Shown: one piece after another, positions 1-13,077 of the stretch | How the letters are laid out: each line of letters starts with the position of its first letter | Position numbering within the stretch: the first letter of the stretch is position 1 | Assembly: GCA_951406725.2 (NCBI GenBank) | Contig: OX597831.1 | Coordinates: forward strand, 14,942,001 to 15,006,000 | From: Octopus vulgaris | Taxonomy: Eukaryota | Reading direction: 5' to 3' | Length of the DNA stretch: 64,000 nt | Position numbers and translations under genes: made by a program | Notes under the pieces: model-generated | Told to the model about the DNA's origin: nothing | The model's input: only the letters and a program-made list of their open reading frames with translations | Databases searched by the model: none

Positions 1-219
1 AACAATTCATAAATAAGGGCAAACGAAAAAATTTCTAATGCCAAATATGCCGGAAAATTCTCCATTAACTATATAATTGTCCATTAACCAAATAACTTTT
101 TACAATACGCACGCCACTCGAAAAAAGGTCGATAAATTTAAAGGTATTTTTTAATATGCTGGTCATTGATAAAACTTTTTTCGAAAAGAATTTTTTTTCG
201 AAAAAATTTATCCTACATT

Positions 220-220
<1 letters not shown>
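1..220. repeat. Interspersed repeat fragment, related copy at ~20360-20520
   Basis: Shared segments TAAGGGCA..AATT(T)CTAATGCC and TTTAAAGG(T/C)ATTTTTT(A/G)ATATGCTGG(T/C)CATTGATAAAA in both places. Confidence 0.6.
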
Positions 221-268
<48 letters not shown>

Positions 269-392
269 GACGCTCTTGCGCTAAAAATAGATCCACAATG
301 GTCTCAACCACCAAGAATTGTTCCCAAGCAGAGTTAGCTCAACTATGAACGTAAACGAGCAGGACAAATGAAAAATAACAAAAATGTAGATT

Positions 393-471
393 AATTCTAG
401 ACAATTGTTTCACTGTTAATGGATTATGCAAGGTTACTTACATAATATATCTACAGCTCATCAGTAGAATT
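393..471 (-). ncRNA. Type I hammerhead ribozyme, minimal Penelope-type
   Basis: Minus strand: AATTCTA-CTGATGA-GCTGT..ACAGT-GAAAC-AATT-GTC-TAGAATT; perfect 7-bp stem I, intact core, palindromic stem III, GUC site. Confidence 0.85.
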
Positions 472-731
472 CGTCATGAATATAATTTACTGAACCGCAC
501 GCCAGATTTTAACATAAAGCGTGGTTCAGTCTATTATATTCGCAGTTATGATTCGAATGCCCTGGACCCTCTCTTATATTTGTGTATTCATTTTTAGTGT
601 ATCCCGGTTTTTATGCGCTAAACCACTTGGTTTTACATTGATGTTATTAAATTAATATCCAATTTATTCACTCTCATTTTTGATTTTATATATATATATA
701 TATACATACATATATATATTTATATATATAT

Positions 732-794
<63 letters not shown>

Positions 795-1339
795 CAAACC
801 AGTTACCCATGCGCTATATATATATATATATGTTTATATATGTGTGTGTGTGTGTGTGTGTATGTGCGTGCGTATACACAAGTGTGAGATCCTGAATGTT
901 TACATCTAACTTAGAAAGTAATCTTCAGATATAAAATGTCTCGAATGACTATTAATGTATCGTACACTATTCGAAGAAAAAAGTGTTTCAGTAAAAACGA
1001 AGTAGTTATTAACGTTCGTCGGCGTTTAGGCGAGTGTGTTAGTGTGAGCCTGTGTTTATGAATGTGTTTGTCAGTTGTGTATAACAGTGAAGAGGGATTG
1101 TTCTCATCACAACATTTTATGCGAGCTGACATTTTTAAGTACTCAGCCAAATAGTCGATATAAGAAAATGGATGTGAAGTATATATTTTATCACAAGAGA
1201 ATATCTTCCTAAACGTTATTGTTTGCAATAAAAGTAACTTGGAAGATAAATAAAATATACAGAAGTATCTGAAAAAGTGTTTTATAAAGGGGAGATAATA
1301 TTTCGCTGCAGAATGGAAGATAAATAAATAAATAAATAA

Positions 1340-1405
<66 letters not shown>

Positions 1406-1747
1406 TGTATGTATATATGTAGTCTTATATTTTATGGATGCAGAAAAGGAAAATAAAATTTTATCAACTTTTACAGCGAGAATTTTTAGTTTTATATGTG
1501 AATTTATTTCTTTGTTCGAACGTGATTTGGTACAAATCATTGTAGAAGACGAAAGCTTTTTAAGAACAAAAGTTTTGTTCAGCCATAAATATTTCACCTC
1601 TCGTATACAACGTCAATCCAAAAAGTTCACTTGCATTGTAACTTTATAGAAATATATCTAAAGTTACAATGATACTGTTTGAGCATGCATCTATATTTAT
1701 GCACACGCATACTAACATATATAATTATATATATAACATATATATAT

Positions 1748-1936
1748 CTTCTTTCATTCGTTCGACTGCAGCCATGCTGGTGCACCGCCTGTACTCGAAC
1801 AAATCGGAACTTGGACTTATTCTTTCGCTCTCTTTTGCCGAACCGCTAGGTTACGGGGATGTACACACACCGACATCGGTTATCAAGCGTTGGTGGGGTG
1901 ACCACACAGACACACAAACACACGCGCACACATACG

Positions 1937-2022
<86 letters not shown>

Positions 2023-2132
2023 CGATGGGCTTCTTTCAGTTTCTGTCTATCAAATCCTTCACAAGGATTTGGTCGGCCCGAAGCTATAGTAGATTACATC
2101 TGCCAAATGTTCGACGAAGTGAAACTGAACCC
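1748..2132 (-). mobile_element. SINE family A (tRNA-like head, CORE-like segment, internal microsatellite)
   Basis: Matches copies at 16555-17066 and 26858-27160 (GCCATGCTGG..TTTTGCCGAACCGCTA..GGGCTTCTTTCAGTTT). Confidence 0.8.
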
Positions 2133-2191
2133 AGTAGCATTAAATAAAATATCCAAGGCTGTGAATAGTTTTCAGAATATTTGTTAAGAGG

Positions 2192-2237
2192 TCTTACAGC
2201 TGTTTCCGGGATATTTTATATATCCCTTTATCAAAGA
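2192..2237 (-). ncRNA. Hammerhead-like motif with U3-A8 core
   Basis: Minus: TCT-TTGATAA-A-GGGATAT..ATATCCC-G-GAAAC-AGCT-GTA-AGA; 7-bp stem II, palindromic stem III. Confidence 0.6.
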
Positions 2238-2512
2238 AGGTGCGAGAAAATATTTATTTAATAGTTACTATAGAGAAGATATGAAATACAGAGTGAAGTG
2301 GAAGAATGAAAACAGACGTGAGATACGTAAGGATATTGTATTTGCAGTTCCATTATTGAAGCTGAATTTTGTGTATATAAGTTTCCTGTACCTTGTGTGT
2401 GAGTTTCAATAGTGTCTACAATTAGTCATTCCAGCATAGAGTCTTCAAAAAAATAAAATAATAACCACGATGGAATAACACCGATTACAAGACTATTCTT
2501 CGAAAACTTGCA

Positions 2513-3130
2513 CATTTTAGAACTTTTAGAACAAGAGACCAGGAAACCATGATGGTCCTCTGGAGGAGTGCCCTAAGCCACTTTGACTATTGCTCTCAGC
2601 TATAGTCACCAACCAGTGTCAAATTAATCTCAGAACTTGAGGCAATCCAACGAAGCTACACGAAGAAGATAGCCTCTATGCAGCATATAAACTATTGGGA
2701 AGAACTCAAGAGATTAAGTCTCTATTCCTTAGAGCGTAGGCGAGAAAGATATGCCATAATATATATCTGGAAGATCCTGGAAGGACTTGTCCCAAATTCT
2801 GGCATCAAGAGTTACACAAATACTAGAACTGGGCGCCACTGCATAGTGCCAAGGACTCTAAATTTGCCATCAAGATATAGGACAAGATACTGCAATAGCC
2901 TGGGCTTCAGAGGTCCACAGCTCTTCAATATCCTCCCGAAGGACCTGAGAGACCTGCATGGGGTGGATGTAGGTGTCTTCAAAATAAAGCTGGCCCTCTT
3001 CCTGTCAGGTTTCCCAGATGAATCAACTTCACGGCAGCAGGTGCAGATTAGGGCAACTGCATCAAACTCTCTCATGCACCAAATGTCAATTGCTAAAAAC
3101 ATTCGTGAAGTAAAATCATGTAGCAATTCC
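2513..3130 (+). mobile_element. 5'-truncated CR1/L2-group LINE, ORF2 C-terminus (pseudogenised)
   Basis: Frame of ORF 2678-3223 extends upstream through one stop (TAG 2603-2605): FRTFRTRD..HFDYCSQL*SP..LEAIQRSYTK..YWEELKRLSLYSLERRRERY..RGPQLFNILP, typical of the post-RT region of CR1-like LINEs. Confidence 0.85.
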
Positions 3131-3204
3131 GAATGGCGGTGCCCCATCATGGCCACAGCTTGCGAGCCTAAACTAGATGAAAAGTTTAATTTTTTATTAA
3201 GCCA

Positions 3205-3365
3205 GCATCTGCAGAATCTTTAGTACGCGGGGCAAATGGCTTAACGGTATTTCGTCCGAATTTACGTTGTGAGTTCAAATTCCGAGATCGATAACTTAAA
3301 TACCTTTCAATTACTGGGGTCGATGTAATCGATATTCCCCCTCTCTCAAACATGCTCACCATGTG
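3205..3365 (+). mobile_element. SINE family C, degenerate
   Basis: GGTATTTCGTC..GAGTTCAAATTCCG..TACTGGGGTCGATGTAATCGA, shared with 50975-51603. Confidence 0.65.
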
Positions 3366-4563
3366 CCAATATTTTCTTGTGAAATATAAATTAAGATGTG
3401 ATGTAGTTCTCTTTTTTTTCATAGTGACGTATTAAATCGTTTCCCTCTCGCTAGATTCTAACGTTTCACGATGCATTTATTCGAGAAGAACATCTTCATG
3501 TATAATTGTTTTGATTTAGATAAAAAACCTTACAAATTTATGGGTTGTGAGGGGTGATAGGTGATACCATGGAATCCTATACAGGACTCGCAGTTTATTT
3601 TCTCGACCCTGACAGGATGAAAGGAAAACTTGACCTCCCGGGGAATCGAACTCACACCTAAATAGTTAGAAAAAATACCGCAATGCTTACTTTAAACAAC
3701 GCTTTGATACTTCTGGCTGCCTTTTTTTATATTAATCGTATAAAATGATATACAAAGTGTCACTGAGGATCGAAATCATGCTCTAATATATTCTATCAGA
3801 GAAACATTTATTGTTCTTAAAGTTATAAACTTTTTATATCGTTAGATCTCCACTGATCAAATAACCAATCATATTATCACTGCTCTAATCTCTGAAAATT
3901 CAGTATCTATCCTCATTAATATCGCTATCTACACGTTTGCTCATATCTCTGCAATTATAAACTATATAATAAATCACATCCTCTCTGTCCACCTATCAAA
4001 TATTAACGGTGCCAATCACTAATGTTATCATTAACCTGTTTAATGATTACATCAGTCATGAATAACTTGTACTGTCACAATAATACTCATCTGTCCAGCT
4101 ATCAGAAATATTATCTACGTTTCGCTGAAATGGTTTCCGTTATGTATAACAACAAACGGCGATGTCTTTTTATTGTTGTTGTCACCACTCTTGCTTCTGT
4201 GGTTGTTTATGTAGTAAGTGATTTCAAATAGAAGAGATCCACGTTCAAAATCATCGTTATAACTGTGGATAACTCGTCCCTTTCACGCTTTACTCGTTGC
4301 TAAAACTACATTATTATAAAAATTTGTCATTATTCCGATAGTAGACTGGTATCTAAATGTAGTTTAGCTGTCATTTCTAGCTAACAAATCGGATCACGTT
4401 GAGAACTCACGTATGTAAACGAGGTCACTGTTGATTGGGGAAAGGTTTTCTAACCAACTCGTTCCCACCTTTCTTATCTAAAGGAGGACATTAATCGTCC
4501 GTCGCTTTGTTCCTTGTTTAACACCGTTGTGACTTATTTTGGGGATTTGGCTGCGATTATATA

Positions 4564-4685
<122 letters not shown>

Positions 4686-4876
4686 CTCAGAGTGTACAGA
4701 CAGACAAAATTCCGCTAAGCATTTCGCCCTGTGTGTTAATTTCACCAGCCAATTTTCCGGTTAGAGTACGTATATTTTTTTATATTTACATTAAATAATA
4801 TGGGTTGAAATTGATATTAATCAATTAAAACTAGTGGCATATTTAAATAATCCGAAGATTAACAAATTGTTTTACA

Positions 4877-5063
4877 TACAAAATTAAGACGAATGACTAT
4901 TAAAATGGGCACGTACTATGCTAAACTTAGACGTCAAATCGCCATTACCACGAAGAGTATCTTCTCTTTTGCTGTATGTTCTCTTTTGCTGATAATGGCG
5001 ATTTGACGTCTATGTTTAGCATATTAGGTTTCCACTTTAGTTGTCATTCCTCTTAAGTTTGTA
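4877..5063. repeat. Fold-back inverted repeat (~190 bp)
   Basis: TATGCTAAACTTAGACGTCAAATCGCCATTA pairs with TAATGGCGATTTGACGTCTATGTTTAGCATA (1 mismatch in 31); arms extend outward imperfectly. Confidence 0.85.
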
Positions 5064-5196
5064 CCTATCTTTATATATATATAGTAGTAACAGAAAAGAG
5101 AAATTTCGATTATCCCTTCATGGTGAGTTGTAATGTATATAAGAAATTAGAATATGAAAATACGCACACTTATATAGTTTAAATATAATTTTTAAT

Positions 5197-5231
5197 ATAT
5201 CGACCGGTTTCGCTATCGCCATTCATGATAT
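5197..5231 (-). ncRNA. Minimal hammerhead variant, A3-U8 core (A9G in this copy)
   Basis: Minus: ATATC-ATGAATG-GCGATAGC-GAAAC-CG-GTC-GATAT. Confidence 0.6.
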
Positions 5232-5399
5232 TATATTTTGCTTATTTGAATATGTATTTTTTTCTTAAGAAGAAATTTTGATCCTGTTGTGTGTGATGAA
5301 ATTCACGGGTGAGTGACTTCACAAGTAGATAAACAAAGGGCGGTAATTGGTTATCATTATTATTGTTATTGTTGTGGGTAAGGGAGATAACTGTTCAGC

Positions 5400-5900
5400 T
5401 TTCGGTAATGGGAGAGGGATACATATGTACAGACAAAGATGAGTTACGAACACCTTGTTTAGTGAGGGGATTTATGTACAGTGATTTAATCGTGAACTGA
5501 AATATGTAAAAAGATAAAAGTTGTTTATGTGTGTATATTAAGACGTGTTCTGTATTTTTCAATGAAAAAGTTTCTTTATTTAAACGTTGTAGTAGAGAGA
5601 TTGCATTTATAAATATATATATATGTAGGATATGTAAGGACAGGTTCAGCAGCATCCGACGGAGAAGATATGTCTCTTCTGGTAACAAACAGATATAACT
5701 CGTTAAAATAACAGTTAGAATGAGATATTCTATCTGAGTCGTTTCCCTATGATAAGGGTAAATTTTATGGTTCACTCTGAAACGACGAAAAGGTTTTCAT
5801 CCTTTTAGTCAAAGAATCGCCTTGTAAACACGTTTAAAGAACGTGTTTATTGTTGCATGTATTGGCAAAAACATACCTTTAGTTCCTATTAGTAATTACT
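5400..5900 (+). mobile_element. Penelope-like element remnant, GIY-YIG endonuclease C-terminal region
   Basis: Broken frames read LE*DILSESFPYDKGKFYGSL*NDEKVFIL..LVNTFKERVYCCMYWQKHTFS; homologous to 19830-20100(-). Confidence 0.65.
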
Positions 5901-6287
5901 ACCAGTATATAGAACTTGAACGTTAACTGTTTTCTTAGATTTCATATCTTCATCATATATGCAGTCATCACATTCTGTTAAAGTGTCTTGGTGATGTGTT
6001 TGGTTTCTTTCTTTTGCTTTCTGTAATAATGCCAATATTTTCTTCGTAACATATGTCGGAAGTATAAAGAATTGAATAACACCTGTCTTTAAATCAATTT
6101 ACTTATTTATATACGTCATACAAAAACATCTCACTTAACCCTGGAATTTCTACCGTTATAAGTAGGCTGTTACATCCTTGGGGCCTATGTGAACTTTTGC
6201 TACCTTAGTAACTATTTATTTTTTCCATGTTGTTTGTACACATTGAAAATATACACATACATTTATACACACACACACACACACACA

Positions 6288-6345
<58 letters not shown>

Positions 6346-6358
6346 GTATGTATATGAA

Positions 6359-6397
<39 letters not shown>

Positions 6398-7445
6398 CCA
6401 TTCTAATTTTCTCTGCGTATTTCTGTGTTCCTTTCTGTTGAAGAGCGTAAGCTCGAAACATAAAATACTGTCTAACTTCGTCTTTTGTGTTTTATGTAAA
6501 TTCCATATATACATGAATACATAATTGAAAGAGTAGAGTGGATATTTATTCACATCCAATAGTTTTATTAAAACGCTTTCTACGGCATATATAACAATGA
6601 ACTACTTATGTTTCTCTTGTAGCAACTGCACATTGCTCCGCATACAATTATGCAACTTAATTACTGCAATTTCAGGAAGGTTCCATATTTGTATGCGTGG
6701 GTATATATCTGTGTGTACCTAGGGATGAGCAAGATATTGTGCAATCCAACGGTCAGAGTAGTTGGGTTACAGTAGTTAGGCCGTTGTTTCACGGTTGTCT
6801 CCTTGGAGAGGGAATTTCATTTCACTTTGTTGCAAGACACTCAATTAGAAATGAATACTAGTGTTACCGATAGTTTTAACCTGACAACGTCTGGCGGCTC
6901 GTTTAGAAGTTTGGAGATGCATCGCTCTGTTAGCCTAAATCTCTTGATAATCCATATACTCTGTAGGCGTGAAGAAAGTTATACGAAAACAAGACAGCCC
7001 CCTTTGAGGCATTACAGTATTCTGGTTGATTACAAATGACTTGGGTGTAAAGAATAAAGTTATCTTCGACAACTTCTGTGGAAGTTTTAATTAGAATTAT
7101 CAGTGCAAATATTTTTAATGATTACAAATATTGTTCAGAAATTTAAGAAATAATAATCATTTTTTATAATTCTATGATAGACTGAGTGGATTTAATACAC
7201 AAACTATCGAACCATAATATAAAAATAATGAAAACGTAACAAAAATCTATAAAACTTTACAAACTCAACCAGTTATGTAGAAAGAATATAAAACATGTTT
7301 ATATATCTTAAATAAATCCATTTATATCTTGTTATTTAAGGCAACCCAACTGGAACGACGCTAATATGAAAAATAATTACAGGACACACTCGCCTACAAG
7401 ACTAAATGTTCGTATTTATATGTGTATGCATGAATGTGTGTGTGC

Positions 7446-7513
<68 letters not shown>

Positions 7514-7718
7514 GTATGTATATATGCATAGATACATAGATAAACACTGTGGTGTGTAGAAGCGCGTGCGTAGAAGTGTAACAAATCTAGCATGGTAAGA
7601 TAACATTTAAAATGAGTATTAAGCAACACTGGAAATAGTATCCCCTCATTGGCTCCTCCATCCTAGTAAGTGTGTGTGTGTGCGTCCCTGTGTACACACG
7701 CAAACAGTGACACACACA

Positions 7719-7780
<62 letters not shown>

Positions 7781-8038
7781 TATGCATATTTATAGAGACA
7801 GCGAAAAATAGATAGAAGGAGAAGTATAATAGACCGAGCAGCACATCAACGGTTGACTTGCTGAGAGTTTTAACGATGTGTTTGTACATCGAGCAGAGGA
7901 GTGATTCAGCCATAATTAAAGATGGCTGAAGAAGCCACGATTTCTGGAGAGTATAATTACATAGTTCAATGAAGCAATAGTTGTTATACAAGACACTAAT
8001 ATGTCGAAACCGGCAACTGCTTCATTAAATCCGTCCAG

Positions 8039-8115
<77 letters not shown>

Positions 8116-8152
8116 TTATCTACGTATCTATCTATCCTCCTATTTATCTCCG

Positions 8153-8190
<38 letters not shown>

Positions 8191-8602
8191 TGCTTGCGAT
8201 ATCATTATTTATACGTTTCTAACTATTTCATTCTCTTTCGTTTTTTTTTTCCAATTATTTATTTTCATTTAACACAGATTTAGACGTATTTTAACGTTCT
8301 CTGCTTGCTCTTTACACTTATGTATTCAACGTCCATTTATCTACCAGTCATCCACCCATTCACCCATAAAGACACATACACAAATACAAATATATATACG
8401 CACATACGCACATATATGTTATACTAAACTTAGCCGAATACTTATACACACACACATACACACACACACATACACACACACACATATATTTATATATATA
8501 TACTTACGAGCAATTAATATGAGAAAGTGATTATCTACGGAGAATTTCTTCCAGACATTGCTTCCCAAATCAGACGTCGTACCCACAATATATGCTTGTG
8601 CA

Positions 8603-8655
<53 letters not shown>

Positions 8656-9068
8656 ATTCATGCATGCCTAACTAAACGCATACCGACGTACATTTATTTA
8701 GACATACAATCAAATACGTATGTACACATTCATTGGAACATCTATGCTAGTCAGCCTTTATACTTATCTCTTGTTTACATACATATACACATGCAAGCAT
8801 TCATTGATTAATGCATACATATCTACATGCATACATACCTACATCCATACAAACACACATGCTTTATTGCATATATGTAGGGAATATTTTTTGTATGACT
8901 AAACGTTTGCTCGCTGCATACTTACGTATTGAGGAGGTGGTTATAAATTTACTTATTGAATTTATTCACTGATACTTTTGTACACAGGGTAAATGCGTTT
9001 GAAAGTTGTGGTTTCTTTCGCATGTTTGTTCCTAGACAACACTTATCTTAGTACTGTTGACACCGCTG

Positions 9069-9130
9069 CATTGAATGGTACTGCCAAGGTGCCGAAACCG
9101 TAATGATACCCGTGGGACAGCTGATGATGG
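9069..9130 (+). ncRNA. Non-circularly permuted hammerhead ribozyme candidate
   Basis: CATTGAATGGTA^CTGCC-AAGGTG-CC-GAAA-CCGTAATG..GGACAG-CTGATGA-T-GG; stems III, I and II pair only in crossed order. Confidence 0.7.
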
Positions 9131-9528
9131 AGGTATGTTGGATTGTACGTATTGCTGTTTTTGCATATGTAGAATAGTGTTAGAATACATCGTTTTGATA
9201 TATCTACATACGACTATGTATATTAGAACCTCGATCAGCACGATGTGAACTTGTAGCTTGAATAGCAATACATTTATTGACGAGCGTCATCTCAAAGTCA
9301 AAAACGACTTTGTAACAATCATGTTAACTAAAGACATTTTCTCAGTTGCCAGATTCAATATATCGATCAACTGTTCATAAGCGAAGAAACATTTCGAGGC
9401 TAGATAGTGAATACTTGAAGAATTATTGACTTTTACTTTGATATCACATGAAGCTCTGAGACTGCTAAACTGAGGATCATATTCCTTAATAAAGACGTAG
9501 AAGAGAAACACACACATGCCCCATATAA

Positions 9529-9619
<91 letters not shown>

Positions 9620-10215
9620 TGTGTGTTTTTTCCCTTGATAAAAATTAACAGAAAAAATAGAAAGTTACCAGGGTAGCAAAAAATCACACAAGTAAAAAGG
9701 TTGTAACTCCTTTTTAAAGTTAGAATCTTCGTGTTTACGTGAAATTTTTTTTATAATATATAATGTAAACGGAGTTAAACGCTAGTTATATTTCATTACA
9801 AATTCTTCCTTCTCTAAAAAAGTCCCTTGAAGAAGTAACATCGTAGTTCTTCACAGTCGTCGTCGTCATGATCATCATCATGATCATCATTATCAATAAC
9901 AACAACCTCGTTGTAGTCGTGGATGTGGCAATATTCTTCTTCTTCTTCTTCTTCTTCTTCTTCTTCTTCTTCTTCTTCTTCTCGATCTTTTTCAGTCTAT
10001 CTATCCATACATCTCTCCCCTCTCTCTCTCCCTCTCTCTCTCCCTCTCTCTCTCTGAAAAAATATATGTCTATACTTATATAAATACATATATGTATATG
10101 TGAGTGTATGAGCATACACACATACACACACACACACAGCACTCTCATATATATACATACACGTACCTCTAAATATACATATATATGTATAGTTATACTT
10201 AATTCTATTATATAA

Positions 10216-10268
<53 letters not shown>

Positions 10269-10640
10269 ATGTTACTCGTCATATGACGATTTCCGATGAA
10301 ACACATTGTATATTTTTACCACCTGAAGTTATATCAGCAAATACGATATGCATAAAATAGATATAATTTTACTTTTATCAAATTTCTTGCTGTTTATACA
10401 AAACGATGAAAAGAATGTTAATTTTCCAAAGAAAAGATATACGTTCTCTTACAATAAAATTACACAAACTACACACGTCTTCGTTTCACTTCCTGAGGAG
10501 ATCAAATTTATCTTTTTACTTTACTTAGTTTTTGGTTTGATTTTGAATCCCAGAGTTCTTAAAGCAAAACATGAAAGGCGTTTCTTGTTTTCTCTTGTTT
10601 TTGTTAACACTACCAACATTGTTTTGCGTAAATATGTGAG

Positions 10641-10693
<53 letters not shown>

Positions 10694-11339
10694 TGTGTGT
10701 GTGTAAGAAAGAGATCGAGAAATATTCTGAGTGTGTTTGTAGGTGTCAACTTCCGTGATATATAATCACCACGGATGAATCTTGTCTACCATTATATATT
10801 TTACTTTCACTATTTCAATACAAACTAGAAATTGAAGCGGAAAATGTCTTTTTCGCAATAATGTGTGTCCTAAGTTACTTCCACTATATTCTTAGATCTA
10901 TGTGCTATTTAGAATTTGAAAATTGTTAGTCTGTTACACACAGCAATTAATGTCGTTCGTTTCACACATGTATGTATATAATTATCTGCCATAATTAATC
11001 TTACAGATTTTTTCTCTTCTCCTCCCTTTTCTCCTCTGTTCTTTTTTCAGATTCTTATTCCTTTCCTCTGCATATAAACCTTTTTTTTTAATTATACCCT
11101 ACTTCAAAGCCTAGTATTTCTACTCTTCCTGCAACACTTATATTAACTCTTTCTGTATCGCGTTTCTTATCTCTCTCCATCTCCATACAATTAAAACTGC
11201 CACTGGAGTTTTATAAAAAAGAACCCAGCATTTCGACAATTACACATTCATATACACAAACACGCATGCACTCACTCACACACAACACCCAACACACAGA
11301 CACACAAGCACGCACATACACATGCACACATACGGATGC

Positions 11340-11612
11340 TTGACCTTATTTTTAAAGCCTGATACTTTTATCGAACCGCTATGTTGTGGGGACGGTACCG
11401 ATTGTTAAATGGCGGTGGGGGCTGAACGCCGACACAGAACTACACGTAGACGCATGCAAATATATATATATAAGACGGGCTTCTTTCACTTTCCGTCTAC
11501 CAAATCCACTCTCAAGTCTTTAGTCGCTCCGAAACTATAGTAGAAGCCAAATGCCGAAGGATCCACGCAGTGGCACTAACCCACAAACTGGCTGGCTGGG
11601 AAGCAAGCCACT
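11340..11612 (-). mobile_element. SINE family A, degenerate
   Basis: GACGGGCTTCTTTCACTTTCCGTCTACCAAATCCACTC..CCACGCAGTGG. Confidence 0.75.
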
Positions 11613-11730
11613 TTGCACTAACACACACACACATATATATATAGGGAGAATTCACAAAACAAAAAGTCGAAGACAGATGGTGTAGACAACGAGCAGATGT
11701 ATTAGTTTAAGGCTCAGGAAGTGAAAAAGT

Positions 11731-11765
11731 CTTAACGTTTCGAGCCCCCGCTTTTCCACAGAAAG
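11731..11765 (-). ncRNA. Minimal hammerhead variant CUGUNGA (A6U), degenerate
   Basis: Minus: CTTT-CTGTGGA-A-AAGCGGGGGCTC-GAAAC-GTT-AAG; inside a repeat starting at the (TA)n at 11641. Confidence 0.5.
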
Positions 11766-12196
11766 GAACACAGAAAGAAACAAGGAAAGAAAATGCAGAA
11801 TGTGTAGTGGCTAGCGACACACACACACACGCGCACATGTATATATATTTAATAGTGTAGGTATTTTCGGTTTCTATAGAGATTTAATAATACTAGACAA
11901 ATTTACCGCAATGGAAAGCGGAAAACTCAATATATATCTTGTACAAGCATTGCAGTGAATCTTCTAGATATTACTATACATTACATAATTGTATGTATAT
12001 TTATAGACACACCTGTACGTACACATGCACAGATAAATGCTTATGAGTGAGACTGGTGATGTTATTCTCGTCTGTTGTTCTTTAGGTCGATTCTGTCATT
12101 ATATTTCAAATGCGTGGAAAACCATTTCACTTAAACAGTACCAGGGCGTCGGTGATAAATTAGGTTATCGTCTCCCTAAAGAAGGATCAATACTTA

Positions 12197-12520
12197 GAGT
12201 ATCAGGCTAAGAATCATGAGATAGTGAGTTCAATTCCCAAACTGGGCCGTGTGTTGTTTCTTGAGCAAGACACTTCATTTCACGTTGCTCCAGTTCACTC
12301 CGCTGTAGAAACGAGTTGTGATGTCACTGATAACAAGCTGTATCGGCCTGTATCGGCCTTTATCTTTCCCTTGGATAATATCAGTGGCATGAAGAGAGGA
12401 CGCTGATATGCATGGGTCAGTGCTGGTCATTCATAAACAACCTTGACCAGAGTGTGCCTCAGGGCGGAACTTACTCGGTGCAAACCCCTGATCATTTATG
12501 ACCTAAGTGGGCCTTTACCT
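12197..12520 (+). mobile_element. SINE family D (tRNA-like head, CORE-like segment)
   Basis: B-box-like GAGTTCAATTCCC followed by CTTGAGCAAGACACTTCATTTCACGTTGCTCCAG; related minus-strand copy ~33060-33275. Confidence 0.6.
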
Positions 12521-13023
12521 ATTTTACTTTTAAGGGAGAAATGTAAAATCGCCCGTTGCGAGATTTGTATTCACGAGAAAGTACAACACTACCACAAAGC
12601 ATTTCGTCCCTCACTATAACAATTGTGTTTGAGGTATCTCATTTCAGAATTTCCCCGATAAATCATAATTGGAACTTTGCAACCGTCGTGACAGAATTTG
12701 TCAGCTGCCAAAACAGTTTAATCCAGATAAGTCCTCTGTCATTTGTTCGATGTGATAAGCATGTATCTGCAGATCACACTACAGTCACACTTGGAAAGGG
12801 ATAAGCTGGGTGGCTGATAGACTCATGTATGTATGTATGTATGTATGTATGTATGTATGTATGTATGTATGTATGTATGTATGTATGTATGTACGTACGT
12901 ATCTATCTATCTATCTATCTATCTAGCTAGCTATCTATGTATGTATCTATCTATCTGTCTGTCTATCTATTTCTCTGTCCCTCTATCTATCTCTCTCTCT
13001 ATCTATCTCTCTGTCTCTCTCTT

Positions 13024-13077
<54 letters not shown>

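Noticed and set aside
7975-8016. Hammerhead-shaped remnant (GACA/TGTC-GAAACCGG)
   Set aside because: CUGANGA and the cleavage triplet are missing; too decayed to call
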